Translations under genes and position numbers: made by a program
Notes under the pieces: model-generated
Seen by the model: only the letters and a program-made list of their open reading frames with translations
Databases searched by the model: none
What the model was told of the DNA's origin: nothing
Shown here: positions 1 through 11,918 of the stretch, one piece after another
How the letters are laid out: every line of letters starts with the position of its first letter
Position numbering within the stretch: position 1 is the first letter of the stretch
From: Octopus bimaculoides
Taxonomy: Eukaryota
Assembly: GCF_001194135.2 (NCBI RefSeq)
Contig: NC_068984.1
Location: forward strand, 113,552,314 to 113,603,982
Length of the DNA stretch: 51,669 nt
Direction: 5' to 3'

Positions 1-32
<32 letters not shown>

Positions 33-34
<2 letters not shown>

Positions 35-98
35 GACGGGTTTCTTTCAATTTCTGTCTACCAAATACACTCACAAGGCTTTGGTCGGGCCGAGGCAA
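33..98 (-). mobile_element. SINE family A fragment (window starts inside its internal TA microsatellite)
   Basis: acgacgggtttctttca...ccaaatacactcacaaggctttggtcgg matches the same block in the longer copies at 45149-45210 and 46016-46075. Confidence 0.8.
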
Positions 99-325
99 TT
101 TATTTATATTTTCAATCTTCCGTTTGCACAAATATCTAAATTTTCTAGGACAGGAATCTTTAATTTGTTGTTTGTACATTCTTAGGCGGTTGGTTAATTG
201 TTATCCTGTTTCTCCAGTGTAATTCTAATTCCATTGTTTGTATGTAATTCAATAGGTGAAATTTATTTTTCTTTCTCACTTTATGCTTGCGTTTAATAGT
301 GTCTATGTATGTGTGTGTATGTGTT

Positions 326-382
<57 letters not shown>

Positions 383-439
383 TGTGTGTGTGTGGGGGGG
401 GTGTACTTTTATTAAAGTTGCAAAATTTTCACAAAACTG

Positions 440-1010
440 TTACTCAGAGTACCCGTTTGTTGGAAAGATTTTGCAGTTTTAATAAAAGCATATTACTCTC
501 CAATGAGGAAGCTTCTGATCGTGCCAGGCATTTATTTAATTTCTCCCTACGGACTGTACGGTGCATTGCAGCATGAGGTTTTTTAAAATTAAAATGTGAC
601 AGATTCAAAAAACACGTTAACCTTGGACGTGTGGGTTTTGTTAGGTGTCTCATGATGATCAGCCTTTCCTCAAAGTGTAAGGATAGCCATTTTCTATCAG
701 GAGATGTTTAGGACTTCTATGTTCTTGTTGTTTTTGCTTCCTGCTTCATTGCCCTTATTATGATTCCAGAGAATCTCATTTCTAATGTAGACCATCTTAG
801 CTTTGTTGAGCTGGAATAAATTATAACGTACAAATTACAGCGTACAAAGCCCTGCATAAAAAATTTAGTGGCGATTCTGGCTTTCTTTGTGATTTTGAGT
901 ACAAAATCAAAAACAGATAAGGAACCGGTGTTATTGTCATGCTCCACAACGGGATTGTATCTGGTTATAGATGTTATTGAACATTTTCTATATTCTAACA
1001 CCCTTCTCGC
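440..1010 (-). mobile_element. Possible decayed L1/Tx1-like LINE ORF2 fragment (endonuclease-RT linker)
   Basis: Minus-strand peptides LRWSTLEMRFSGIIIRAMKQEAK and RLIIM...LTCFLNLSHFNFKK loosely resemble the W..LK..IRG..I and K.TKYFLNLEK motifs; stops present, similarity weak. Confidence 0.3.
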
Positions 1011-1320
1011 GAGATAGTGTCAATAACAAAATGAGAGAGAGGGGGAGAGAGAGGGAGAGAGAGAGGGGAGAGAGAGGGAGAGAGAGGGGGAGAGAGAGGA
1101 ATAGATAAATACAAGTTACTATGGCGCTAGGTAAATGTTGATTTCTCATTTATACCATCATGAATATATTTGGATAAGTTTTATGCTGAATCGGTCGAAA
1201 TAAATTACACTTCCTATAATTATAACCATGTTTTCACTCAAGTGTAACCTAATTACACTTATTCGATACACATGTGTGTGTGTCTGTATATATATATATA
1301 TATATATAGTACATTATAGT

Positions 1321-1547
1321 ATTCTTTTCTACTCAAGGCACAAGGCCCGAAATTTTGGGGGAGGCAGAGGTCAGTCGATTAGATCGACCCCAGAATACAA
1401 TTGATACTTAATTTATCGACCCCGAAAAGATGAAAGGCAAAGTCGACCTCGGCGGAATTTGAACTCAGAACGTAAAGACAGACGAAATACCCCTAAGCAG
1501 ACGAAATACCGCCCGGCGTGCTAACGTTTCTGTCAGCTTGCCGCCTT
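1321..1547 (-). mobile_element. SINE family B, full length
   Basis: Reverse complement has a tRNA-like head (ggcggcaagctgacagaaacgttagcac...gagttcaaattccgcc) and the core gaggtcgactttgcctttcatc. TSD acattatagtatt (1311-1323) / acgttatagtatt (1551-1563). Internal duplication of cagacgaaatacc. Confidence 0.85.
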
Positions 1548-1879
1548 AGCACGTTATAGTATTATTACTAATAATCACACACACAATAATCTTTTGTTTT
1601 ATTTTATATCCTTAATTTTTCTTTATTTTCCTTCTCTCTAAGTATTTCCACACGCACATAAATATTCACACGCACACATTCACATACAGAATATGCATAT
1701 AAAACGTAAGTCATACCAGAAGATAATTGCCCTCATATCAATGTCAGTCACAAGAGGAAATGAAAAGCAAAAGCAAATCATAACATTACTTAACTATTCT
1801 ACACGTTTATTCTAAAACGCTCTCTCTCTCTCTCTCCCTCCATCTCTCTTTCTACCCGTTCTCCTTCACTCTCTTTCCC

Positions 1880-1929
<50 letters not shown>

Positions 1930-2010
1930 TCTCTATCCATCGATCTCTTTCTACATGCCTCTCTCACTCAGTCCTTCTCATTTTGTACGTTTATGAATAT
2001 TTATGTGACT

Positions 2011-2140
2011 TTATGTATATGCATATATATATAAATATATAGTACATATACATGTATAAACATATACATATATATATATATAGTTATACATGTATATTAA
2101 TATACATATATATATAAATATATGTGTATGTATATATACA

Positions 2141-2211
<71 letters not shown>

Positions 2212-2373
2212 TATATATATATATATATATATACATGTGTATATATGTGTATGTGTGTGTTTATATATATATGCATGTATGTATGTTTGTATGCATGTAT
2301 GTATATACGTATGTGTGTGGGTGCACCTATGTGTATGTGGTGTGAACATGCTTGTATATATGTGCATGAGTGA

Positions 2374-2420
<47 letters not shown>
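2011..2420. repeat. Compound (TA)n/(TATG)n/(TG)n microsatellite, representative of dozens in the window
   Basis: Directly visible dinucleotide and tetranucleotide runs. Confidence 0.95.
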
Positions 2421-2757
2421 TGATCTTTCTTTCTACTACGAAACCTGTTTCAGTCGTAAAGCACACAAAACCGTATACGATGACGCCATTTTCTATACAA
2501 AAGACTCCACTGTGATCCCTTTCTTTTCTTTCTCTCCTTTATGCTTTTGTATATATGTCAAACGCACGTTATGAATATGTATTTTCAGTAAAAATCCAAT
2601 TGGAAAACATTTTTATATTGTCATTTTCATACACGTAAATACATGGAAGAATATTTTCCCTTTATGTTATACAGATAAACTTGCTTTGATTAAACAACAA
2701 CCGCTCATGAAGTGGGTTTTTTTTTCCTTATTTTCCCTTATTTCTATTTGGATTTTC

Positions 2758-2795
2758 TTGTTTCCGACGAAGAGCGATACTCGAAACGTTAACAA
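2758..2795 (+). ncRNA. Minimal type I hammerhead motif of Penelope-like terminal repeat type (U4C variant)
   Basis: TTGTT-t-CCGACGA-A-GAG cgata CTC-GAAA-CGTT-AACAA; flanks homologous to 29740-29830. Confidence 0.55.
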
Positions 2796-2950
2796 CAGCT
2801 CTTTCTCGTCACCGAGCGCCTTATTAATATATTTTTTGAGTACGTCCTCACGTTCGTTTTGGGTCTTTTTCTCTCTTTTCCTTTGTCTTTTAACTGTCTG
2901 TTTAATTGAATTTATCATATATATATATATATGTGTATATATATATATAT

Positions 2951-2990
<40 letters not shown>

Positions 2991-3016
2991 TACATACATG
3001 TGTGTTTGTTTGTGCG

Positions 3017-3060
<44 letters not shown>

Positions 3061-3074
3061 TGCATGTGTGTAGT

Positions 3075-3260
3075 CTATTATTTTCTACTTGTTTCACTCA
3101 TCAGACTGCCGCAATACTAGGTACTTATTGTGCCGCTGAGTTATGGAGAAGTAGACACACCAGCAGCGGTTGTCAAGTTGTGATAAGGGCCAAAGATATA
3201 GTAGAAAGCACTTGCTCTGCTATAAATCCGAAAGCATGTAGTCGGAAAGCAAGCTTCTTT
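3075..3260 (-). mobile_element. Degenerate, internally deleted SINE family A
   Basis: Contains acacaccagcagcggttgtcaag and the head remnant aagcaagcttct, shared with full copies. Confidence 0.6.
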
Positions 3261-3314
3261 ATTTCATAAACTGGCTATGAAAGCCGTATGTAGATGTTTA
3301 AAAATGTTTTAAAA

Positions 3315-3640
3315 TATGACATGTTTCGGCCATGTTGGAAACCATTCGTACACTTGCGTGTGACTCATGCACTCCTCTCGATACACTTTCTGCTATTTTG
3401 CATAGGCCTCTGAGCAGGTATGGCCATGACTGTTTCTCTGTCATGATCAATACGACGATCACACGCTACTCATCTTCCTTCCAAGTGCTGTAGTAAACAG
3501 CGGAAGTGAACTAGAACGTCAAAACCTAGAGAGCATGCACAACAAAGTTCAAGGTCAATATCTGTGCCAAGTGGTTTTACTCTGCATACTTTAATTTCGT
3601 TACTATGGCAACAGTCTGGATACTTATTGATCAAACCTCG
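3315..3640 (-). mobile_element. Mariner DNA transposon left end with transposase N-terminal remnant
   Basis: TIR (rc cgaggtttgatcaataagtatccagactgttgccatagtaacgaa) matches 49446-49490; minus strand encodes frameshifted pieces matching HTCSEAYAK..KV..EEC and VYEWF. Confidence 0.85.
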
Positions 3641-3643
3641 AAC

Positions 3644-3704
<61 letters not shown>

Positions 3705-4239
3705 TGTATACATATACATACTTACATTTTTTGCATTCGTACATATATATATGCATGCATGAATGCATATATGCATACATACATAAATACATACATACAT
3801 TTATACATACACAGATGCATGCATACATACATACATACATACATACATACATACATACATACACACACAAGTATGTATATACACAATACCAAGGATCTAA
3901 AAGTGCCTGCAGATCATATAAATATGTTTCCTCAACCATCAAAAGCCAGCTTTCAAACCCTGAAGCTGAAATAATTATCAAGAATACGAAGATTAACCTA
4001 CTTAAATTTTCGAATTTATATCTTACAATTTCAACCGTAATCCCAAGATTATCGATCTACAATTTGTCAGCATCACCTCTTATTCTGCCTGAACTCAGCA
4101 ATAGAGAAACATCATTGGCTGAAATTACCAACTTACCAGCTGATGTACGAACTATCGACAAAACATTTCTGCTCTCAAGTGTTGTGGTAGAGAATCTACA
4201 TATCAAGATTATTTTTCGGTCACCATAACAATAACGACC

Positions 4240-4242
<3 letters not shown>

Positions 4243-4295
<53 letters not shown>

Positions 4296-4359
4296 ACAGT
4301 TGCAGCAGTATCAGTAGTGGTATTATTAGTAGCTGCAGCAACAGTAGTAGTAGTAGTGC

Positions 4360-4393
<34 letters not shown>

Positions 4394-4412
4394 TGTTGTT
4401 GTTGTTGTTGTC
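4243..4412. repeat. (GTA)n/(GTT)n trinucleotide microsatellite complex
   Basis: Directly visible. Confidence 0.95.
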
Positions 4413-5906
4413 ATTGCCCCGTAAACCCAGGTTCACCCTGACCCAGTGTTATTGCTGTTTAACTCCCAGTGAGCTAAGTAACTGATGATCAGCCAGTTGA
4501 GCCTTAATTGAGAAGACCCCCTATGATCAACCAATGAACCCTGATTGAGTGGATCTTTAATCAACAGATGAGATGTTAAGTTGCGCGCTGTCTCCTCTCT
4601 CCTTCTTTCTCTCTCTTTATCTCTCTCTCTCTCTCTCTCACTCTCTCTCTCTCTCTCTCTCTCCCCATTTCTCTTTATTTCTGTCTCTCTCTCACTGTCT
4701 CTGCCAGTCATCGATTCCTTCCCTACTGTCTGTTTTTTAAGGAGAGTGTTTACAGTAGCTAGTATTTATTGGGCTGCTTTTGTTGTCCTTGCTTTTCACC
4801 CGTCTGGTTATTACTGGTCCCGCGTTCCATTTCCAGCCGTTATTCTTGAAGTATGATGTATCTAGAACTATATTTAACTGAAATAAAAGACGTGATATTT
4901 TGGAGCTGGTATCTTATTTCAAGAAATGAGAAATCTGTCGGAAACCTGTTGACTTAGTTTTCAACGTTTCTCACACTAAACTGTTCAAATCGAGGGAGGT
5001 ATTACTTCAATGAAAGGGTTTTAAAACTAATTAGAAATTCGTTGCAGCTAGCAATGAGTTCTCTGTGAAATAAAGATACGGAAAAAAAAAAGAACGCGTG
5101 TAAAATGTAACCGTAAGCAGAATATATATTTCTGTGTAATTACCTTAGGTGTACTTTCAGGAGCATCCATATGTTCTGCTACCACTCACTTTCAGAATCG
5201 CGGATGATCCATAAAACATAATTACGATCGAAAATAGATTAAAGAGTCTGCTTCTAAGGAGATGAATCATAATTGCTGACCTTAGTGATACGATGGAAAT
5301 ATTGCAGGCAGTAGAGTATGATATTAGCTGCTTTATGATATGCTATATCTTGATGCAGTAAGTATCCTATTTTTATTTCTCATACGATTTGATACAGCCA
5401 TGCACACACGGCTTTTATACAAATAAAAATAGAATCAGTAAAAATATTATTTCCTGACATTTGCACCAAGGTAGGCCACGCACATTTGTAGACTCAATAA
5501 AATACACTATAGTATCATGCAATCGCTTCATATCACTCCCAAAAGGAATGAAAGAGAAAGTCTATTCTTCTAGATGACACAGAAAAAACTCTTCTAGAAA
5601 TTACCGCAAGTCGTCTTTTGAATCATATCCTACTGTTTTAAAACAAGACAAGAGACCGTAGATAATCTATTTCTAGATATAATGTCCGCGTGAAAAGCAG
5701 GAAGGTCATGGCAAGACTGCCTTTGATCAAAGTTCTGTTTCAGTGGCTGTCAACCATTTTTTGTCTATGGACTCCTTTGATTTCCATTTTCCTCAACTGG
5801 ACCCTCATAATCATTCGATAGTTAAAAAATCGTATTATATTTTAATAATTAAGTATTATTGGGAACTATATTTTTTTAAATTGTTAAAATATTTGGCGTA
5901 CAGTAG

Positions 5907-6415
5907 GATCTCAATAACACGAACAACAACAAAATCTATAGCTGATAGAACATTTACTACATTTATACAAACACGATAATTACGGGTACATACTACATAA
6001 AACTAGTTAAGTAATTTATTGCTCATAAATTTTAACAAAGTCTTATATCGATCCCAACAGCCAACCGGATCCCCCCCTCCCCTACCAAGGGCCAACTAGA
6101 CCCGCGTTAAAATCCACTGGTCGATTCAAAAACAATTTATGTTTTGGATAATGACAAAAACAACAATAATACAGCAATTTAGGGAATTCTGGAAATAATC
6201 AAATCTCCCCGAAATCACACCCTATAACTTTAAAAGGATATATTGCAGAATACTGTTTGGAAGGGCATGGCTAGAATGTCTCCGATCATTAATCTGCTCT
6301 CTTAGGTACCATATTGGTCTCAACAACACCAACAACAGCATACTCTAGAGTTGATATCTACTATAATTATACAAACACTATAATTACGGGTATATACTTC
6401 ATAAAGTTAATTAAG
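5907..6415 (+). repeat. Diverged ~105 bp direct repeats (5907-6011, 6315-6415) around a ~300 bp spacer
   Basis: Both contain tctcaa(t/c)aacac...ttatacaaacac(g)ataattacgggta(c/t)atact(a/t)cataaa. Confidence 0.7.
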
Positions 6416-6450
6416 CCGTTATTTATGCAACTATTGCCTGAAGCGAAAGT

Positions 6451-6522
6451 TTCCTAATTCCTAGTAAATATTTCCTAAAGCTAATCTTCCTTAATTTCTA
6501 GTAAATATTACCAAAAGCTAAT
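6451..6522. repeat. Two-copy ~36 bp tandem duplication
   Basis: ttcctaattcctagtaaatatttcctaaagctaat followed by ttccttaatttctagtaaatattaccaaaagctaat. Confidence 0.8.
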
Positions 6523-6594
6523 GAAGTTAATTAAGTTATTATTTATGTAAACGGGAGAATATTAAGTTTATTGCACATTCAGAAATGTTTAGAA

Positions 6595-6700
6595 CAGGCT
6601 GCGATATTCAGAAGTTCGCTTCGCAGTGGTTACGGGTTTGATCTCAAAATGCGGCACCTTGGAGAAGTATCTTCTATTGTTGACTTAGGTTGACTGCTGC
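6595..6700 (+). mobile_element. Degenerate SINE family A head
   Basis: ggttacgggtttgatctc...gcggcaccttggagaagtatcttctat resembles the family A head/core and is followed by a (TG)n tract. Confidence 0.5.
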
Positions 6701-6810
6701 TTTGCAAAGGGAATTATCTAACCGGTCGTCTATGTGCTTGTGCGCATGCGCATACACTTCCACACACATACACGTATGTGCGTGCGTGTATGTATGTGCG
6801 TGTGTGTGCG

Positions 6811-6851
<41 letters not shown>

Positions 6852-7007
6852 GTGTGCGTGTGTGTGTGTGTGTAGCGGTCTCACAAGAAGCTGTATATAC
6901 CGTGGTAGAGACTGAGGGCGAAAGAGATTTGATGCTCAGAGGGAGATAATCGTTTCCAAACATATCCATCTTTCGTCTTCAGTGGAGAATTTTTTTTTTT
7001 TTATTAA

Positions 7008-7219
7008 TGATTTTACCAGGGGGTCAACGCGGAAATTAAGACCTTATGTGTTATTCTTGGAGATTTTAAGGTGGTAACAGTGTCTATTGGCGTCTATTTT
7101 TCCAGCGCGTGGAGAAGCTTATAGCCAATCCCTTGTTACAATTATGTATATAATTATAAAGTATTTGTAAGATTTACATATGAGGTTTTTATTTCCGCAC
7201 TGACCACCTGGTAAAATCA
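7008..7219. mobile_element. MITE with 43 bp terminal inverted repeats
   Basis: tgattttaccagggggtcaacgcggaaattaagaccttatgtg vs rc of 7177-7219, 36/43 identical; flanks TTAA (left) and TAAA (right). Confidence 0.8.
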
Positions 7220-7431
7220 TAAATGATTTTTACCCTTTGTTATAATTAATATTTGAAAAATTTACTCATTGATGAAAACTGCATTAACTGAAGAGTATTC
7301 TCGACATAATACACGTGGTTGTAAAAGAGAGATGTGAATTCTGTACATATACTGGTTGTGCGATGACGCCGCTCGCATGCATATTTGTAGATACTCGTAA
7401 ATTTATGCTACGGAATATCGTTGCTGAACAT

Positions 7432-7861
7432 TTGTTGTTGTTGTTGTTGTTGTTGTTGGCACTCCGTCGCTTACGACGTCGAGGGTTCCAGTTGATCCGA
7501 TTAACGTGCAAGTGGCTGAGCACTCCACAGACACGTGTACCCTTNNNNNNNNNNCAAGTGGCTGAGCACTCCACAGACACGTGTACCCTTAACGTAGTTC
7601 TCGGGGGATATTCAGCATGACACAGAGTGTGACAAGGCTGACCTTTTGAATTACAGGCACAACAGAAATGGGGAGTAAGAGTGAGAGAAAGTTTGTGGTG
7701 GAAGAGTACAGCAGGGTTCGCCAACATCCCCTGTCGGAGCCTCGCGGAGCTTTTGGGTGTTTTCGCTCAATAAACACTCACAACGCCCGGTCTGGGAATC
7801 GAAACCGCGATCCCATGACCGCGAGTCCGCTGTCCTAACCACTGGGCCATTGCGCCTCCAC
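7432..7861 (-). mobile_element. SINE family E, full length, (AAC)n tail
   Basis: Head ggcgcaatggcccagtggttagg (A-box-like) and ggtttcgattccc (B-box-like); perfect 14 bp TSD tcgttgctgaacat at 7418-7431 and 7862-7875. Confidence 0.9.
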
Positions 7862-8644
7862 TCGTTGCTGAACATACATACATACATACATACATACATA
7901 CACACATGTATGTATGTATGTATGTATGTGAATGAACGAATGAAAGAAGAGCGTTGTAACTGGTTTGAAGCATTGCGAATAAGAAGCACGATAGCAAAAG
8001 CCTGAAGACTTGCAATGCCAAATATTAATAACCTTTTTGTATTTCAGGTACAAAGCCCATCACCAGGAGTAAACAGCCAAGAAATGTTAGTCAGTACAGT
8101 ATGTGTACATATATATATAATAATATATATATATAAAGTCTGTGTTTATGTATGTTTATATATAGAGAGAGAGAGACTGTCGCATACATTCTTCCACGCA
8201 AACATGTCATTTTGTTGCTCCTTCTTTTTCTCATTCTATTTCTTTTCTCTGAAATATCAACTCCATTTCTGCTTTCATATCTCATGATTATAAAATAAAT
8301 GGATATCTAGATACATATAAACACATACACACACACACACACAAACACACCATGTGCACACACTGCGATTTAGAGAATTTCTTTGTGTATATTAATATAT
8401 TTGTTAAGTAAAGCAATATTGGAATATATTAATATATTCTCTCTAAATATATACCTAGACAAATAATACTTCTGATTTTGCTATTGAAAAGGTTCTTACT
8501 GTAACAAAGATTATGTAAGATAATGAAATGAAAACCAGAAAAATATGGACAATAGAGCAGCAATTCCTTTTGGCATTGTAAATTTCTGAAATACTTAAAA
8601 AGCAAAAACAGACATTATTATTTTTCATGTTGTTATCATCTTCA

Positions 8645-8756
<112 letters not shown>

Positions 8757-8763
8757 TATCATT

Positions 8764-9287
8764 GAGTGAGAGACCAGTGCATGCCTTCTAAGTAAGACTG
8801 GGGTAAAATATACGAAGCCCAGTATACCCATGATAACTACCCGTCTGATAAGGGTACACCAGGCACATGCATTACAACCATATGTGCGTGACATGGTGAT
8901 CTCATATCAAGATAAACAGCGCATGATCTCGCAGGTGGGGCCCAGTTAGAATTTTCTTGGGGAGTAGCCTGCCCGCTCAAAAAGATCCTTGAATAATATT
9001 TGTTTAAGGATGTTGACCGAAAGACCCCTGTTTCCAGAGGTGAATTATCCAAACCCCAAAGAATTCCTTTCAACATGTGGCTATGATACTACTTCTGCTC
9101 GCGATCAGAAATGCACATATCGTCAGCCACCAAGGGACATGCTCAACAGGTTAAGGTAAAACAACTGACAAGCAAATCTGTGATATGGAGCAGAATATTT
9201 ACTGTAGCCCATCTTTTATACCAAGACAAAACAATATACATGATAACACTTCCAATCAGTTTAGATCAGAAGCTATGAGAGCCACTG
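8764..9287 (-). mobile_element. ~520 bp repeat unit (family F), copy 1, ending on the minus strand in (TAA/TGA)n
   Basis: Colinear with 9414-9941 throughout; bounded by (ATT/ATC)n at 8640-8763 and (ATT)n at 9288-9410. Confidence 0.75.
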
Positions 9288-9400
<113 letters not shown>

Positions 9401-9413
9401 CATTATTATTACT

Positions 9414-9940
9414 GAGTGAGAGAGTAGTGCATGCTATCAAAGTGACACTGGGGTAAAATATACGAAGCCCAGAATACATATCATGACTACCCGTCTGATA
9501 AGGGTATACCAGGCATATGAATCACAACCATATGTGCGTGGCATGGTGATTTCATATGAAAATAAACAGCGCATAACCATGTAGGGGGTGGGCAGTTAGA
9601 ATTTTCTTGGGGTTGAGTAGCCTACCCGCTCAATTGTTCTTGAATAAGGGTTGTTTAAGGATGTTGAACGAAACATCTATGTATCCAAAAGAATTCCTCC
9701 CAACACATGACTATGGTGCTCCCCAACTACTTCTGCTCGTGATCAGAGATGCACATATCGTCAGTCACCAAAAGACATGCTCAACTGGTCATGGCCAAAC
9801 AAGTGACAAATAAATCTGTGGTATTAAGCAGAATATTTGCTGCAGCCCATCTTTTATATCAAGACAAAATAATGTACATGACAACACTTCCAGTCAGTTA
9901 AGAACAGAAGCCATAACAGCCAGTGCCTGGTACTGCGTCA

Positions 9941-9941
<1 letters not shown>
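9414..9941 (-). mobile_element. Family F, copy 2
   Basis: Shares ctggggtaaaatatacgaagcccag, ctacccgtctgataaggg and cccatcttttata with copy 1 but has many substitutions and indels; (ATT)n on both sides. Confidence 0.75.
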
Positions 9942-10020
<79 letters not shown>

Positions 10021-10217
10021 GAAGTGGAGAGACAAGTTACTGAAGAGATTGCAAGAGTGCAATGAAATAATTTAACAAAAAACTATATAAATTAATAAAG
10101 GACTGAACCAGTGCGTGTGTTTATTACCGGCATAATGCCTCTTCCAAGGTTTAATTGTATTTCTTTCAACACACGTATCCACATCAAGAATCTTGCACAC
10201 GAAATACACATACGAAA

Positions 10218-10286
<69 letters not shown>

Positions 10287-10520
10287 CTTCATCATTATTA
10301 TAGAAACAAAACTCAGGTTTGGTTTTGTTCCGGGCAGGATTTATGTGGAAGTAGGTTACTACCCGTAACTTTAGTTATCCATACGTTTTCGGTAGTCTTT
10401 CAAGTGCTTAGAACCCTCCTGATAATCCTTGCTGTCCCTAAGAAGTAAACTTTCTGTAGGAGCTCTACCGGGCGTTCTATTTCAATCTCCTTCAGTCGTT
10501 TCTCTATATCTTGGCTTACT
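10287..10520 (-). mobile_element. 3' end of an R4-clade (Dong/Rex6-like) non-LTR retrotransposon with (TAA)n tail
   Basis: 10519-10400 encodes VSQDIEKRLKEIEIERPVELLQKVYFLGTARIIRRVLST*, matching the LQK..LLGTARI.R.VL C-terminus of RLE-type elements; ~110 nt 3' UTR then (TAA)n at 10218-10286. Confidence 0.75.
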
Positions 10521-10527
10521 TATTATT

Positions 10528-10577
<50 letters not shown>

Positions 10578-10614
10578 TATTTATCATCATCATCATCATC
10601 ATCATTACTGCTAT

Positions 10615-10768
10615 TAAAGTGGCGAGAGTTCAAATTTCGCCGGGGTTGACTTTGCGTCTCATCCGGTCGTAATCGATAGAATATGTGCCAGTTGATTACA
10701 GGGATCGATGAAATCGACTAGACCCTTTCTCCAAACTTCAGACCTTGTGCCAAATTTTGAAATCATTA
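10615..10768 (+). mobile_element. Degenerate SINE family B
   Basis: gagttcaaatttcgccggggttgactttgc...gaccttgtgccaaattttgaaatc. Confidence 0.6.
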
Positions 10769-10791
10769 TTGTTAATGTTGTCGTCGTCGTT

Positions 10792-10827
<36 letters not shown>

Positions 10828-10833
10828 GTCATC

Positions 10834-10875
<42 letters not shown>

Positions 10876-11289
10876 GTCATCTTCATCATCATCTGCACCA
10901 TCATCATTTTCATTATTATGGAATAGGAAAACTGATAGTAAATTAGAAACGAATAAAACGGCATTTTTCTTTTTGTTTTCTTTATTTAATAGAACTAAAA
11001 ATGATAAGAAGCGATGGATTTTGTTGTTGATTTCCTCGTTATATTTTATTGTCTATTTCTTTTAATTCTCTGTATGTATTTCGACAAACATATACGGAGA
11101 TGTTGCGCACTTCATTGTGTTCCATTGTGCTTCGACTGCAAAAATTACTATTAAAACGAACGAATTTCTGAAACTAATTTATTATCTCGCTTCCGTGTCT
11201 TCAATTGCATTCACCAATATGAGGATTCCTAAAGTATAATGTGCATCTGTGTATGCGTGTGTGCGTATGTATGAGTGTGTGCGCGAGAG

Positions 11290-11325
<36 letters not shown>

Positions 11326-11446
11326 TTTGTGCGTGTATGCATGTATGTATATTATATGCATTTATATTTAGTTTTGTAAACATATATATATATATTATAT
11401 ATAAAAAAAATATACATATATGTATATACATGTATGTATATATACA

Positions 11447-11497
<51 letters not shown>

Positions 11498-11520
11498 ACG
11501 CGCTTGTGCGTGTTTAGAGG

Positions 11521-11918
11521 TCTCTTTTATCTTTTACTTGTTGCAGCCGTTTCACTGCGGCCATGTTGGGGCACTGCCTTGAAAGGTATTAGCCGTAGAA
11601 ATCGACCTTAGATCTTATTTTTTGGTGGTGGTTTTTATTCTATCGGTCTTCGCTGAACCGCTAGGTCGCGGGGATGTAAACACACTATTACCGGTTGTCA
11701 AACGGTAGTGGGCGTCAGACACAGACACAAACGCACACACACACATAGATATGTACATATATATATACGATGGGTTTCTTTCAGTTTCTGTTTACGAAAT
11801 GCATTCAGAAGGCTTTGGTCAGCCTGAGGCTTATCAGAAGACACTTACCCAACGTGCCACGCAGTGGGATTGAACACGGAGCCGTGTGTTGGAAGTAAAC
11901 GTCTTACCACACAATCAC
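11521..11918 (-). mobile_element. SINE family A, near full length, with internal CA/TA microsatellite
   Basis: Tail cttttacttgtt, body cggccatgttgg...ggttgtcaa, microsatellite ~11715-11768, head cacgcagtgggattgaac...cttaccacaca. Confidence 0.85.

Noticed and set aside
2011-2574. Long ORFs rich in YI, CV, HT, poly-Y, poly-I or poly-S here and throughout the window
   Set aside because: They are translations of microsatellites or N gaps, not coding evidence
3960-4228. Non-repetitive ORF tail, with an antisense peptide vaguely like LBP/BPI
   Set aside because: Resemblance is impressionistic, there is an in-frame stop, and no consistent splice sites
7509-7590. 36 bp direct repeat on both sides of a 10-N gap
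   Set aside because: Exact duplication across a scaffold gap, typical of unmerged contig overlap
7790-7861. tRNA-like sequence (also in the other SINE heads)
   Set aside because: A/B boxes present but no complete cloverleaf, and it continues into SINE body with TSDs, so it is not a tRNA gene
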